A stretch of DNA of 64,000 nt, taken from Octopus vulgaris (taxonomy: Eukaryota). The stretch lies in assembly GCA_951406725.2 (NCBI GenBank), contig OX597832.1, forward strand, positions 55,056,001 to 55,120,000. Direction: 5' to 3'. This document shows positions 1 to 13,499 of this stretch, one piece after another (the stretch's first letter is position 1; each line of letters begins with the position of its first letter). A program made the translations under genes and the position numbers. The notes under the pieces were generated by a model. That model saw only the letters and a program-made list of their open reading frames with translations. It made no database searches and had not been told where the DNA came from.

Positions 1-188
1 TTGATAAATTCTTTGCCATGAAACCACCTCAGTTCTGGGAAGAGGGTATTTTCAAGTTAAAGGAAAGATGGAGACGCATTGTGCAACAAAATAGTTCATA
101 TTTAGTTGATTAAAAATGTAATAGCAAGTATTTATTGACCTTCTTCTTTCCTTTAAAAATCGGCACAAACTATCCGGACAAGCCAATA
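1..188 (+). mobile_element. 3' end of a mariner DNA transposon (transposase C-terminus plus right TIR)
   Basis: 3-113 translates DKFFAMKPPQFWEEGIFKLKERWRRIVQQNSSYLVD*, the typical mariner C-terminus (FF..K...F...GI.KL..RW..V). TIR-like aaaatcggcacaaactatccggacaagccaa is followed by TA at 187-188. Confidence 0.85.
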
Positions 189-736
189 TTTTGACGACCC
201 ATAATTTTAGTGTTTAGGCGTAAGCGAACTTAAGGTTAGTTAGCATATGTTTGCGACATATTTCAATTTCTAAGATAGAATTATTTTCTCCACGGTCACT
301 ACAGTGAATTTGCCTTTAGAATTTGACAAATATATCACGAACATATCTTAATCAAAAATTATGTATATGAGCGGTTCTCTCAACTAAGAAACTGAATAAC
401 GAATAGCTTTTCTGGAGAAAATTAAATGCGCATTACAAGCTGAAATTTGACCAACGAACAACGTCTTGACTTACACATGCGTATAACCTTATAAGGAGTC
501 CATTCGATCAACGAACTGAAATTTGAACAAGGAACCGCTTGTACACTACGCATGCCTATAAATGAGTAGGAGGACAGTATACAATCACTTTGTTAACGTC
601 CATGTACGCACTTCATGTAGGCTGCATATTTTCATATTTTATATAGAAAAAAATATTTCTCACAAGTTTTGTTAAAGACACACTCATGGATTAACAAAAG
701 AATAACGGAGGGGAAAACGCACACATATATACACAC

Positions 737-775
<39 letters not shown>

Positions 776-815
776 CGCACGCACGCACAAAGACGTAAGT
801 GGAGACAATATTATT

Positions 816-846
<31 letters not shown>

Positions 847-894
847 TTATTATTAAGATCAACTAACCGGTCTGTTTCGGAGAACTTTCGGGCC

Positions 895-1056
895 CCTGTT
901 GTACTCTTTCGCCCCAACTTTCTCTCACTCTCTCTTTTCCTGTTTCTTGAGTAACGCTGCGATGGACTGGCGTCCCGTCCAGCTGGGGAACACATACGCC
1001 ACAGAAACCGGGAAACCGGGCCCATGAGCCTGGCTAGGCTTGAAAAAGGACGCATA
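895..1056 (+). mobile_element. SINE 3' fragment with V-domain-like tail
   Basis: ctgcgatggactggcgtcccgtccag...ccacagaaaccggg resembles V-SINE domains. The 5' part (ctgttgtactctttcgccccaactttctctcac) is shared with the SINE at 60425. Confidence 0.6.
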
Positions 1057-1057
1057 A

Positions 1058-1571
1058 TCTATATATATATAAAACTGTAGTTGTGTGAGTGTCTGTCCCC
1101 TTCGATTTAGATTCCTAACTACTCCCACATTTTGCGGTGCAGTTTAACCAAATTCGGGTATCTTATAGTCGTGATTCATATCGAGCCCGTCTGCGTATTA
1201 GCGCGCGTCTACGATGAGTCTACGATTTTAAAAATAATTTAACATCATTTTTTATTCCATTTTAATGCATAATTTTTCGTGTGTCGATGGCGGCGGAGTT
1301 GGCGTCCATGGTCACACCTGCACCTGTTTGTTCTCCCCCTTCTGCCCTCCCTCGTGAAGCTGTGGGGAAGGGAGTGTAAGGAAATCAACGTCGTAAAGCG
1401 TTGTCAAGGAGACCAGCGTTCTTTTAGAACAACGACTTCATGGCTTGAAGACACCAAAACAGAAATGGCTAAGAAAACCCAAATTGGCATCTATAAGGGA
1501 AGTAACTCTCTAAAAATGCTTATATAGTTATTTCCCTTACAAACCCGAGCAACGCCGGGCGATACTGCTAG
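1058..1571 (+). mobile_element. Non-autonomous Helitron
   Basis: 5' TC after A; 3' hairpin cccgagcaacgccggg followed by CTAG before T; no TSD; 3' end shared with 7727-8110. Confidence 0.8.
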
Positions 1572-2005
1572 TAATAAATAATAATATATTATGATGAGGG
1601 TGTTGACATATTTTTAATTGAGGGGAGTAAAAACTTTTTTTGCTATTTAAAAAAAATTGACACATTTTATAGTTCATTTCGATTCTTTACTTGTTTTGTA
1701 TTTGCCTTTTCATGACATGCCTTTCTATATATTTTCTATTTTTATGTGCATATATATTTTTTTACCTTTTGTGCTTTTATATATATATTCCTTTTATATG
1801 TTGAAGGCCATAGTAATGTTTATATATGATCGAATGTATGGAAGCGTGGTGTTATATAAGGTCGTTGATTCGAGTTTCAGATTCGTTCTCTGATCAATAT
1901 TTTTTTTTTTTTGGTCTCTGTCTCAATTTCATTTGAGCACTTCTTTTTTGCAGTCCTATCAACACCTTTTGTCTTCGTAAAAAGAGGCAAAAATTATTTC
2001 TTGTC

Positions 2006-2050
<45 letters not shown>

Positions 2051-2053
<3 letters not shown>

Positions 2054-2244
2054 GAAAACACAAAGAGAAAACACAACAACGCGAGGACGTGGAACAAGTA
2101 TAGTATTATTGGACGCTCAGGAAAGAAGGACAGAAGAAAGGGTCTTAACGTTTCGAGCGGAGCTCTTCGCAGAAACATAGGAAAAGGAAAGATACAAAGG
2201 AGGGAAGACGGAGGGAAAAAAATCGCCAACGGTACACACGTGGT

Positions 2245-2247
<3 letters not shown>
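2051..2247 (-). mobile_element. Short hammerhead-bearing PLE-type element, family A (core has a 1-nt deletion)
   Basis: Homologous to 29963-30163 and 33531-33738. Minus strand reads gttt-CUGCGA-A-gagc/gctc-GAAAC-GUU-aagac. Flanked by (TA)n and (CA)n. Confidence 0.7.
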
Positions 2248-2319
<72 letters not shown>

Positions 2320-2439
2320 GCGGATAATAAAGCTTTCTTTTTTCTGTCGAGGGCTTATTTGCCCCCTTTATATAATCGATTTATCCCTTACCCCACGAAA
2401 TCGCTGGTCGTATGCCAAAATTTGGAACCAATTTTGTAA

Positions 2440-2662
2440 GGCGGCGAATGAGACAAGCTGTCAAAATCATTAACACGCCGGGAAAAGTGCTAAGCAGCAT
2501 TTCGTCCGTCTTTACGTTATGAGTTCAAATTCCGCCGAGGTCGACTTTGCCTTCTATCTTTTCAGGATCGATAAAATAAGTATCAGTTGATCACCGAGGG
2601 TCGATGAAATTCGACATACTCTCCTCCCCCTGAATTTCTGGCCTTGTGCCAAAATTTCAAAC

Positions 2663-2716
<54 letters not shown>

Positions 2717-3660
2717 CATCATCATCATCATTATTACTACATTAGGTTGCGAGCTGGCAGAATGGTTTGCACGCCGGGAAAAATAACGGCATTTCGCCCT
2801 TTCGCTATGTTCTGAGTTCAAACTCCGCCGAGGTCGACTTTGCCTTTCATCCTTTTGGAGTCGATAAATTAAGCACCAGTGAAACACTGGGATCGATGTA
2901 ATCGACTGCCCCACCACCACCACCACCACCCAAAATATTGCAGGCCTTGTGCCTTTATTAGAAAGGATTATTATTATTTAGGTGGCGAACTGGCAGAACC
3001 GTTAGCACCCCATGCAAAATGTTAAGCGGCATTTCGTCTGTCTTTATATTCTGAGTTCAAATTCCGCCGAGGTTGATCTTGCATTCTATCCTTCCAGGAT
3101 CGATAAAATAATGACCAGTTGAATTCTGAAGTCGATGTAATCGACCGACTTACCCCTACCCCGAATTTCCTGGCCTTGTGCCAAAATTTGAAGGCTATAT
3201 TAAACCAATATTGTGATTTATACTAGAATAGTGGGTTGGCAGAACCGGTAAGGAACCGGGACAAAATGCCTTTCTGGTATTTGGTTCGAATCCCTTTACA
3301 TTCTTAGTTCAAAACGCACAGGTGTCACGTTGCTTAGTCATCTTTCCGGAATCAATAATATGCACACATGTCAAGACTTGGAATCGATTTCATAGATAAC
3401 TTTCAACACCAGTGCAGACAGCTGACCTTGAGCCAATATTTAGGAATCAATGAAAGAGTGGAAGATTTGCTGAAGCAGTAGAAAAGTGCAAGCAATGTCT
3501 CGAAGTCCTTTGCTTGCTCAAATTTATGTTCCGTGTTCAAATCCCGGCGTGGCTCACCAAATTTTTTTTTTTTTTTTCATTTTTCTGAGGTAGATGAAAT
3601 AAGTAGGTGTTAAATATTGCTCCCTATTCCCTAATGGTCCTGTACCTAGGTAAGAACTCA
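2440..3660 (+). mobile_element. Head-to-tail cluster of about 5 SINE family S2 copies (ggcggcgagctggcagaa head), later copies increasingly decayed
   Basis: Repeated B-box gagttcaaattccgccgaggtcgactttgcc at about 2521, 2814 and 3052, degenerate at about 3306 and 3535; (TTA)n tails between the first copies. Confidence 0.8.
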
Positions 3661-3784
3661 ACTGTCCGGCGTGCTGACGATTCTGCCAGTTTACCGCCTG
3701 TCCCCACCCACCCCGAACGTACTGGTCTTTAAGTCGATTACATCGATCCTCGTGCTCACCTGGTACTTATTTTATCGACCTCTC

Positions 3785-4262
3785 CACACTTCCTTCTACA
3801 CCCTCAACTTCCTTTTCAAGCGAAACTTGATAATGTTGATGAGGGCTTGGCCAAAGAGGAAAGTGTCTGTTTTTAGCCCTTTCAAACGGGTCCACCATAC
3901 TACCTCTTTCGCTACAGCCACTAGACAAATAAAAATTGCCTGCTCCTCTCGGCCAAAAGAGGGCGGGAGGGCAATCTTCACAACAAATTCAGCTGATAGC
4001 CGGATCCGTCCTACACGTGACATCAGGTGTTCGGACATAAGCCCACAAGTCAGCAATACTCTGGCACTGGATTAGGGCGTGCAGAACGGCTTCATCGTTC
4101 CGGGCGCACCTCGGGCAGGTCCAGCTGACGGCACTTCCGTGCCTGTAAAGTTTATCTCGAACAGGCGGCACTCCGCGGTAGCACTTCCAGGCAAGGGTTT
4201 CTAGAAGTTATTCAAAGGCCCAGGCTCGAAAGTTCTCCGAAACAAACCGGTTAGTTGATCTT
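3785..4262 (-). pseudogene. Tx1/L1-clade LINE ORF2 C-terminal fragment (zf-RVT CCHC), frameshifted
   Basis: PVRDKLYRHG..TCPRCARNDEAVLHALIQC...LW, continuing in another frame as ...AVAKEVVWWTRLK. Confidence 0.8.
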
Positions 4263-4411
4263 CATAATAATAATGGTTTCAAATTTTGACACAAGACCAG
4301 CAATTCGATTGGGGGTCGATAACATCGACCACAGTGGCCAACTAGTACTTATTTCGTTGACCTCGAAGGAATGAATTGCAAAGAGGACCTCGGCGGAATT
4401 TGAACTCAGAA
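4263..4411 (-). mobile_element. SINE S2 fragment
   Basis: cctcggcggaatttgaactcaga is the reverse complement of the S2 B-box region; (TTA)n tail. Confidence 0.75.
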
Positions 4412-5134
4412 CAACAACAATGCCAATAATATCAATCGCAGACTCTACTAACGCTGTCGGCGGCACCACCACGTTCTCAACCACTTACCATATCACCACA
4501 GCCACCACCACCATCACCATCACCAACACTCTACTTACCACCACCAAAACCACCACCACCACCATCACCATCACCGCCACCACCTACATCATCACTATAC
4601 CCACTACCATCCCCACCAACTAAAACCCCTACCAACGCCACCACCATCACCACCACCATTACCGCCGCCACCACCACCATCTCCACCACAAACTCAATTT
4701 GTGCCCCTTCCCTCACTTCCCCCTTCCTTCCTCCCCCTCGTCTGTAATCATTAAATTTGTCATTAAACAGAAACATTTTGTAAATCCATTTTCCGTAAAC
4801 GTTTCCATTCCTCTACCACCACCATCACCACCACCCTCAGTCTATCACTCTCTTTCTCTCCTTCCTCTCACTCTTTCTCTACTCTCCCTCCACCTCTGAC
4901 TCCATCTCCCTGTCTTTCCCTCATTTTCCTATTCTTTACCCTCCTCCTCCTCCTCCGCCGCCTTCACCTCCTCCTGCCATGCCTCGCAGCTCTCTGTCGG
5001 CGTCTAAACGACAATCACTTAAGCAGTCACTAATAACAGAAGCAGCAGCGGCATCAGTAGCAGCACCAGTAGCAGCACCAGCGTCACCAGCAGCAACCAG
5101 TAGCAGTAGCGATAACGAAGGAGCTTTGACGTGG

Positions 5135-5692
5135 TTTACTCTTGTACTCTTTTACTTGTTTCAGTCATTTGACAGTGGCCATGCTGGAGCACCGCCTTTA
5201 GTCGAACGAGCAAATCGACCCCCAGGACTTATTCTTTGTAAAGCCAAGTACTTATTCCATCGGTCTCTTTTTGCCGAACCGATAAGTTACGGGGACATAA
5301 ACACACCAGTATCGGTTGTCAAGCGATGTTGGTGGAGGGGGGGACAAACACAAACACACAAACATATACACACATACATATACATATAGACATATACGAC
5401 TGCGGCCATGTTGGAGCACTGCCTTTAGTCGAGCAAATCCACCCTAAGACTTATTCTTTGTAAGCCTAGTACTTATTCTACCGTCTCCTTTGCCGAACCG
5501 CTAAGTTACGGGGGACCAACCTCGGTTGTCAAGCGATGGTGGTGGTGGTGGTGGTGGTAGTGGGGTGACAAACACAGACACACACACATATACGACAGGC
5601 TTCTTTCAGTTTCCGTCTACCAAATCCACTCACAAAGGCTTTGGTCGGCTCAAGGCTATAGTAGAAGACGCTTGCCCAAGGTGCCACGCAGT
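5135..5692 (-). mobile_element. Two partial SINE family S1 copies
   Basis: Reverse complement of the S1 tail (ggcggtgctccagcatggccgcagtcaaatgactgaaacaagtaaaagag) and body. Confidence 0.8.
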
Positions 5693-5884
5693 AAAAGAGT
5701 AAAAAGCGACGAACACTCGCAAGGATACAGGATTACAGGATTTTGTTTGTAGGAATTAACAAATTATTTGCTGATGTTTGATGATGTATATCAACCAGAT
5801 GATAACTCATGAGGTGTATGACAGATTCGAACATTGCAGTGTCTCAAAGATCCTTTATACCGATGGATCTCGTGTGTTATGAAC

Positions 5885-5892
5885 AGCCTGTC

Positions 5893-5967
<75 letters not shown>

Positions 5968-7045
5968 TATGTTTGTCCCCCTACCATTGCTTGACAACCA
6001 ATGCTGGTGTGTTTACGTCCCTGTCACTTAGCGGTTCGGCAAAAGGAGACCGATAGAATAAGTACTGGGCTTACAAAGAATAAGTCCCGGGGTCGATTTG
6101 CTCGACTAAAGGCGGTGCTCCAGCATGGCCGCAGTCAAATGACTGAAACAAGTAAAAGAGTAAAACATTGTCGAAAGGGAGATGTCCTCTGATGACGAAA
6201 ACCAACAGCGATCAGCTTATTCACGTTCGAATCTGCCAGAACGGATTAAGGATGAATAGATACGCTATTATCTTTAAAAATATTTTACCCGGAATTCCGA
6301 ATAAGAAAGGAAAACATTGTAATTTGAGCAGCAGAACAGTTAAGTAAACAAACAAATAGGGGCAAGGAGTAACTGTGTGGTAAGTAGCTTGCTTACCAAC
6401 CACATGGCACCGGGTTCAGCCTCAGTGCATGGCACCTTGGGCAAGTGTTTTCTACTATAGTTTCGGGCAGACCAAAGCCTTGTGAGTGGATTTGGTAGAC
6501 GGAAACTGAAAGAAGCCTGTTGTATATGTGTGTGTGTCTGTGTTTGTCACCCCACTACCACCACCACCACCACCATCGCTTGACTTAGCGGTTCGGCAAA
6601 GGAGACGATAGAATAAGTACTAGGCTTACAAAGAATAAGTCCTGGGGTGGATTTGCTCGATTAAAGGCAGTGCTCCAACATGGCCGCAGTCAAATGACTG
6701 AAACAAGTAAAAGAATAAAAGGATAAAAGAAACAAACAAACAATTAAGTAAATAAATAAAATAAAATAAAATAAATAAAAGGTGTGGCTGTGTGGTAAGT
6801 AGCTTGCTTACCAGCCCCATGGTTCCGGGTTCAGTCACAGCGTGGCACCTTGGACAACTATCTTCTACTACAGCCTCGGGCCGACCGAAGCCTTGTGTGT
6901 GGATTTGGTAGATGGAAACTGAAAGAAGCCCGTTGTATACGTGTGTGTGTATGTTTGTCCACTACCACTGTGTAGGGATGCCATGTAGGGGTACCATATA
7001 GGGATGATATGTAGGGATGATATGTATTGATGCCATGTAGGGATA
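5885..7045 (+). mobile_element. Three S1 SINE copies/fragments (5885-6163, 6361-6720, 6781-7045)
   Basis: tRNA-like head (ggctgtgtggtaag...ggttcagtccc), internal (TA)n(TG)n, conserved tail. Confidence 0.8.
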
Positions 7046-7249
7046 AAATTTCGAAATGACATTCTTCTGAAACCAGGTAACAAGATGTAAAAGAACAATT
7101 TCATTGTATTACAGGAGAGTCAGATTTTCGAGAACCGGTCCATCACCAATTTCCGGACAATAATAGTTCAGAGCGTCTTATTATCCGAACTAATTTATAC
7201 TAATGCAAGTATTTCATTTAATTAATTAAATTTAACATTTGTTCAATTT

Positions 7250-7435
7250 AAGGCCGTGAGCTGGCAGAATCATTGGCATGCCGGGCAAAATGCTCGGCGG
7301 AGTTTCGTCCGTCTTTTACGATACGGGTTCAAATTCCGCCGAGGTCGACTTTACCTTTCATTCCCTTCTGGGTCGATGTAATCGACCAACCTCATCCCCT
7401 GAAATTGCTGGCGTTGTGCCACAATTTGAAAACAG
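7250..7435 (+). mobile_element. SINE S2
   Basis: ggccgtgagctggcagaatc head and gggttcaaattccgccgaggtcgac B-box region. Confidence 0.8.
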
Positions 7436-7726
7436 TATTTGTTTAATTTAGAATGTTAACCCCTGGTTCGGAAAAATCAGTAATCCAGAATGAATTCAGA
7501 ACCTAAAGTTCCGTAAAATCGACAGTGTTCTTGTGTTCCAAGAGCCATCATTTGTTTTGTTATTCGTTTCATTTTTAAATTACTATACGCGCTTGAAACG
7601 GCCTTGGTAGTGCTCAATTCTGACTGAAATTTATCTAAGTATTTAAGTGCCGGTGTGTATAACATTTATAATGTACAATGTATATGTATAAACGTAAATA
7701 CCAGTGTGTTTAATACTTATAATGTA

Positions 7727-8110
7727 CTAGCAGTATCGCCCGGCGTTGCTCGGGTTTGTAAGGGAAATAACTATAAAGCATTTTTAGAGAGTTATAGCCA
7801 AAAAATAGCAAAAAAATGGAAAAAAAATTATGGTAAATTTTTTTGAGAGTTAAAAAGGTCGAGTTGCGTTCCCTAGACAGTCTGTGGTTTGTGTTTCTGA
7901 TTCTCGACCCCATGTCGAATTTATCGATTTTTTTTCAGAACTGGGGGAACTTTTCAAAATTTTCGCTGCGTTAGTTTTGAATTATCACATTGGGCTATGT
8001 GTGTGTCAAGTTTCATCAGAATCGGTTGAAAGCCGTGGTCAGGGTGAGGGTACAACCTAACAGACACACAGACACGCAGACAGACAAACTGCCGTTTATA
8101 TAGAGAGAGA
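7727..8110 (-). mobile_element. Non-autonomous Helitron
   Basis: Reverse complement of the same 3' hairpin plus CTAG as at 1571; 5' TC; different internal sequence. Confidence 0.8.
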
Positions 8111-8125
8111 TAATGTATATAGTGA

Positions 8126-8452
8126 AGGCGCATGGCTTAGTGGTTAGAGCGTCGAGCTGACGATCGTGAGGTTGTGAGTAGGATTCCCGGACTGAGCTGC
8201 GTGCTGTGTTCTTGAGCAAGACACTTTATTTCATGTTGCTCCAGTTTACTCAGTTGTAGAAATGAGTTGCGACTTCACTGGTGCCAAGTTGTATTGGCCT
8301 TTCCCTTGGATAACATCGGAGGCATGGAGACGGGAGGCTGTTATGCATGGCCGACTGCTGGTCTTCCATAAATAACCTTGCCCGGATTTGTGCCTGAGAG
8401 GGTAATTTTCTTGGTGCAATCCCATGGTCATTCATGACCGAAGGTGGGTCAC
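8126..8452 (+). mobile_element. tRNA-derived SINE family S3
   Basis: A-box tggcttagtgg, degenerate B-box, conserved gtgttcttgagcaagacacttta domain. Relatives at 22638 and 62410. Confidence 0.75.
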
Positions 8453-8477
8453 ACTTTATAATGTATATGTAGGAGAT

Positions 8478-8832
8478 AGGTGGTGATATCGAAAAGTTGC
8501 CGGGTTACTTCTGTAGTTCGCCAACAGATGGCAGCATTCGGTCGCGTGCGGAGGGAGAACTAGCAGTGACTTTCATGAGGTAGTGTGCCGAGTGACACCG
8601 CTGTGTTTACTTCGCAAGCTGTGAAATTTGTGCTTTTATGATCACGTGTATGCTGTAGTCTGCGATTTTGTCATGGACAGGAAGTTGGAACAAAGAACCA
8701 ACGTGAAATTTGAGAATTCTACTACAGAGACATTGAGGATACTTTGGCAAGCTTATGGCGACGAAGCAGCAGACTCCACAAGGGAAGAGGCCTTCATCTC
8801 CACGACCGAAGAAAGCACAACAGAGCTAGTTT
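8478..8832 (+). mobile_element. Internally deleted mariner 5' fragment
   Basis: TIR-like ggtgatatcgaaaagttgccgg. From 8673, MDRKLEQRTNVKF..STTETLRILWQAYGDEA matches the mariner N-terminal HTH. Confidence 0.7.
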
Positions 8833-8984
8833 GAAAGTTCAATCGTACAAACGTAGAAAGGCACTATTTTCTCTGAGAGAGTCTTCTCACAGAACCTAAC
8901 TAATGTGTTTCAAACTAAGTAATAAGAGCTATTAATTAAAACTAACTAATAAGAACAAAGAGCTTCCAGCAGAATACCGTGCGT

Positions 8985-9029
8985 CGCCAGACACCGGTGT
9001 TTCAACTTGATTTGATCTCTTCAGTGATG
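8985..9029 (-). ncRNA. Minimal type-I hammerhead ribozyme motif
   Basis: catca-CUGAAGA-gatcaaatcaagtt-GAAAC-accggt-GUC-tggcg; stem III acaccggtgt is a perfect palindrome; stem II is weak. Confidence 0.6.
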
Positions 9030-9364
9030 AATAGCACTAATGTTCTCCAGCTAAACCAAAAGTCCTGGTTCCAATAACAGGAAATTGGTAAACAAAACAT
9101 TTACTGATTTCTACGAAAGCTAGTGATAACTAAAATTAAAGTAGCATTTGCACTAGAAACAGACTGAGATAGGAATGTTGCTTTATATAGCCAATATAAT
9201 ATAACGTATATAAATTTGTGTACAAACACGAAACGGCACGAGCTGGATTAGTTTATGTCAGAGAGAACTTCTCAAAGAGATTTATTCGTTTAAAAACAGA
9301 AATGAAAAAAAAAAAACACGGCTTCGTTCAGAGCGTCACGTCGAAACACTGTGTCGTTTGCAAG

Positions 9365-10490
<1,126 letters not shown>

Positions 10491-10840
10491 AGTGAGAAGA
10501 TATGAGGAGATGAAGAACGACAGACATTCGTTCATGTCGTCGAAGTAGTTTAAATAATATTTTTTTAAAAATAAGAAAAAGAAATCTTATTTAAACGGTA
10601 CCGCCGGTGCTACAGCGGTTTACCGGTTGCTTAGTGTTACCGCTATTACCACGACGACGGCGACCGACCGTCGTACGACAAACGCCGCCGCCTTCTCCTT
10701 CTTTCCTCCTCCTCTGCCTACCACCACCACCACCACCACCACCATCATCATCATCACGATCAGTATTAACATTAGCAGCAGCAGCAGCACGGCTTCGTCG
10801 TTTCCGTCACCGTCGCCACCGCCACCGCCACCACCACCAC

Positions 10841-10975
10841 CATCGTCTCCATTACGATATGCAGCGCCGTCACCGTCGCCACCGCCAACACCACCATCGT
10901 CTCCATTACGATATGCAGCGCCGTCACCGCCACCACCATCGTCTCCATTACGATATACAGCGCCGTCACCGTCGC
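10841..10975 (+). repeat. Three-copy minisatellite (catcgtctccattacgatatgcagcgccgtcaccg core)
   Basis: Core starts at 10841, 10895 and 10937. Confidence 0.85.
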
Positions 10976-11431
10976 CATTGCAGCCTCTGCAAACGCCGCC
11001 GCCAATTCCACCTCCACTGCCGTTCGTCGTCGTCTCTAGCAGAGAAACGGAATCATCAACAAAGAGAGATTGGTCGATGGCAGCGGTAGATTAAGTACGA
11101 GTTATTGTGCCATTAAAAAAGTTGGAGTAGGAGCAGGAAGAGAGAAAACGGCAGCCATTTCTATAACAATCCTACCCCAACTCTCTCCTCTCCACATGTA
11201 AACCTACCATATAGCATTATATTATATTATGTGTGTGTGGATGCGAAGCTGTATGACTGTGTGTGTGTCTGTGTGTATAAGCGCAGTTGTATGTGGTTGT
11301 GTGTGTGTGTGTATGTCGTTGTGTGTGTGTGTGTACGTGGTTGTGTGTGTGAGTTCTCTATTTCTCACGCTTTCTCTCCTTACCATATTCTTTTTGTCTC
11401 TCCCACTCTCTCGCTTTATGCCTATATATAC

Positions 11432-11466
<35 letters not shown>

Positions 11467-11522
11467 CATACACACACACAGCGTTCGTTCCTCTCTGTCT
11501 GTTCTCTCTCTCTCTCTCTTTC

Positions 11523-11554
<32 letters not shown>

Positions 11555-11716
11555 GCTAGCTCATTCTCTCTCTCTCTCTCTCTCTCTGTATCAATCTTTC
11601 TCTTTCTGTCTATCTTTTTTTGCGTGTGTTTCTTTCACTCCATTCTCACTCAAGACTTCGCCCATCTCTCACTCTTTCTCCCTTCTTACTCTCTCTCTAT
11701 CTCTATCTCTCTCTCT

Positions 11717-11770
<54 letters not shown>

Positions 11771-12256
11771 ACCTCCCACTCTTCCCCACTCCTTCTCCCT
11801 CAGTCTTTACATGCATCAGCGTCAATATGATGACTGACAACTAAAATATATAGTTCTGTGTTCGTGTGTGCGTCTTCGCCGATATTGATATATATATATA
11901 TGCCTGTGTGTACGTATTCACTCACACACACACACAGACATGAATTTATGTGTATAAGCATATGCATACGTATATATATCTCTCTATATGTATGTTTACG
12001 TATGATGATTGGCCAGGCGTCCATGTCGGTACATGCAACGAAAACAACGCTGCCTCTATCCTAAATGTATACATAATTGCTTCAGTGTATATATATATAT
12101 TTATAATTATATATATTATATGTACCATATGGAAATAACGTCAGATTAAAACTAGATCTGCGCGTGCGCGTGTTGCAGCCGGCACTCAACCGTTGTGGAC
12201 ATGACCAGCGAAGTATAAACACCAAACTATATATATGTATAAAGATATATATGTAT

Positions 12257-12640
12257 ACTCTTTTACTCTTTTACTTGTTTCAGTCATTTGACTGCGGCCA
12301 TGCTGGAGCACCGCCTTTACTCGAGCAAATCGACCCCGGGACTTATTCTTTGTAAGCCCAGTACTTATTCTATCGGTCTCTTTTGCCGAACCGCTAGGTG
12401 ACGGGGACGTATACACACCAGCATCGGTTGTCAAGCGATGTTGGGAGGGGACAAACACACATATATACATATATACGACAGGCTTCTTTCAGTTTCCGTC
12501 TACCAAATCCGCTCACAAGGCTTTGGTCGGCCCGAGGCTATAGTAGAAGACACTTGCCCAAGGTGCCACGCAGTGGGACTGAACCCAGAACCATGTGGCT
12601 GGTTAGCAAGCTACTTACCACACAGCCACTCCTGCGCCTA
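12257..12640 (-). mobile_element. Full-length SINE S1
   Basis: Complete head-to-tail match to the other S1 copies. Confidence 0.9.
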
Positions 12641-12736
12641 TATGTATATATATATATAGGCTCGGACCGACCAAAGCCTTGCGAGTGGATTTAGATGGAA
12701 ACTGAAAGAAGCCCGCCGTATATATATGTATGTATG

Positions 12737-12769
<33 letters not shown>

Positions 12770-12774
<5 letters not shown>

Positions 12775-13030
12775 AATGTGTGTCTGTATGTATGTGTGCT
12801 TCACAAAAACTCAAGAACTACCCAACTAATTTCATTCAAATTTTACATATGTCTTACTTAGGGTCATTGCAGTGTCATGGGCCCAAAAAATTTTCAGCTT
12901 TTTGCCTAATCAGAGCCCGGAGCAATCTCTTATCTCTTACAATGTTTCCGTATCACGTGTCAAAAGTGAAACAATAACATCTCTTATTAATACTTTCATT
13001 ATTATATGGCTTCAATTTCAATTACTTTCA
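12770..13030 (+). mobile_element. Helitron-like 5' fragment
   Basis: (TA)n-aagaatgtgtgtctgtatgt...aactaatttcattcaaatttt resembles Helitron 5' ends; no 3' CTAG end seen. Confidence 0.45.
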
Positions 13031-13096
13031 TTATATATTTATAAACATGTATGTACGTATGTATATATATATATATATATATATATAAACACGCAT

Positions 13097-13335
13097 TGAG
13101 TCGAAACAGGGGCAGCTGAAGAAGGGGAATGTTCCTTGTGTTGTATGTCTTGTACTCTGTTTTTTCGTTGTTAAAAAACGTCCGTTTCCTTGTTTTGTTT
13201 TCTATGTTTTCGTTTCTCGAGTTCTACGTTTTTTTGTGGTGTCCTGTACCCATATATGCATGTATATATACATATAGATGTAGGTATGTACATATATGTA
13301 TGTATATATGTATATGTTTTATTTATTAAATTGTT
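13097..13335 (+). repeat. Short interspersed repeat family C (second copy 56937-57155)
   Basis: ggggaat..tccttgtg..gtcttgtactctgttttttcgttgttaa.. shared between the two loci; (TA)n-flanked. Confidence 0.75.
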
Positions 13336-13406
13336 ATTATATATATATATATATGTGTGTGTGTGTTTGTATGTATATATATATATATATGTACATATAT
13401 ATTATG

Positions 13407-13478
<72 letters not shown>

Positions 13479-13499
13479 TGCTAGTATATATGTGTGTAT

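Noticed and set aside
4979-5389. 136-aa ORF MPRSSLSASKRQ..
   Set aside because: Low-complexity start running into an antisense SINE; no recognisable domain or good splice donor.
6189-6202. ctgatgacgaaaac hammerhead-like words
   Set aside because: No stem II, stem III or stem I can be formed.
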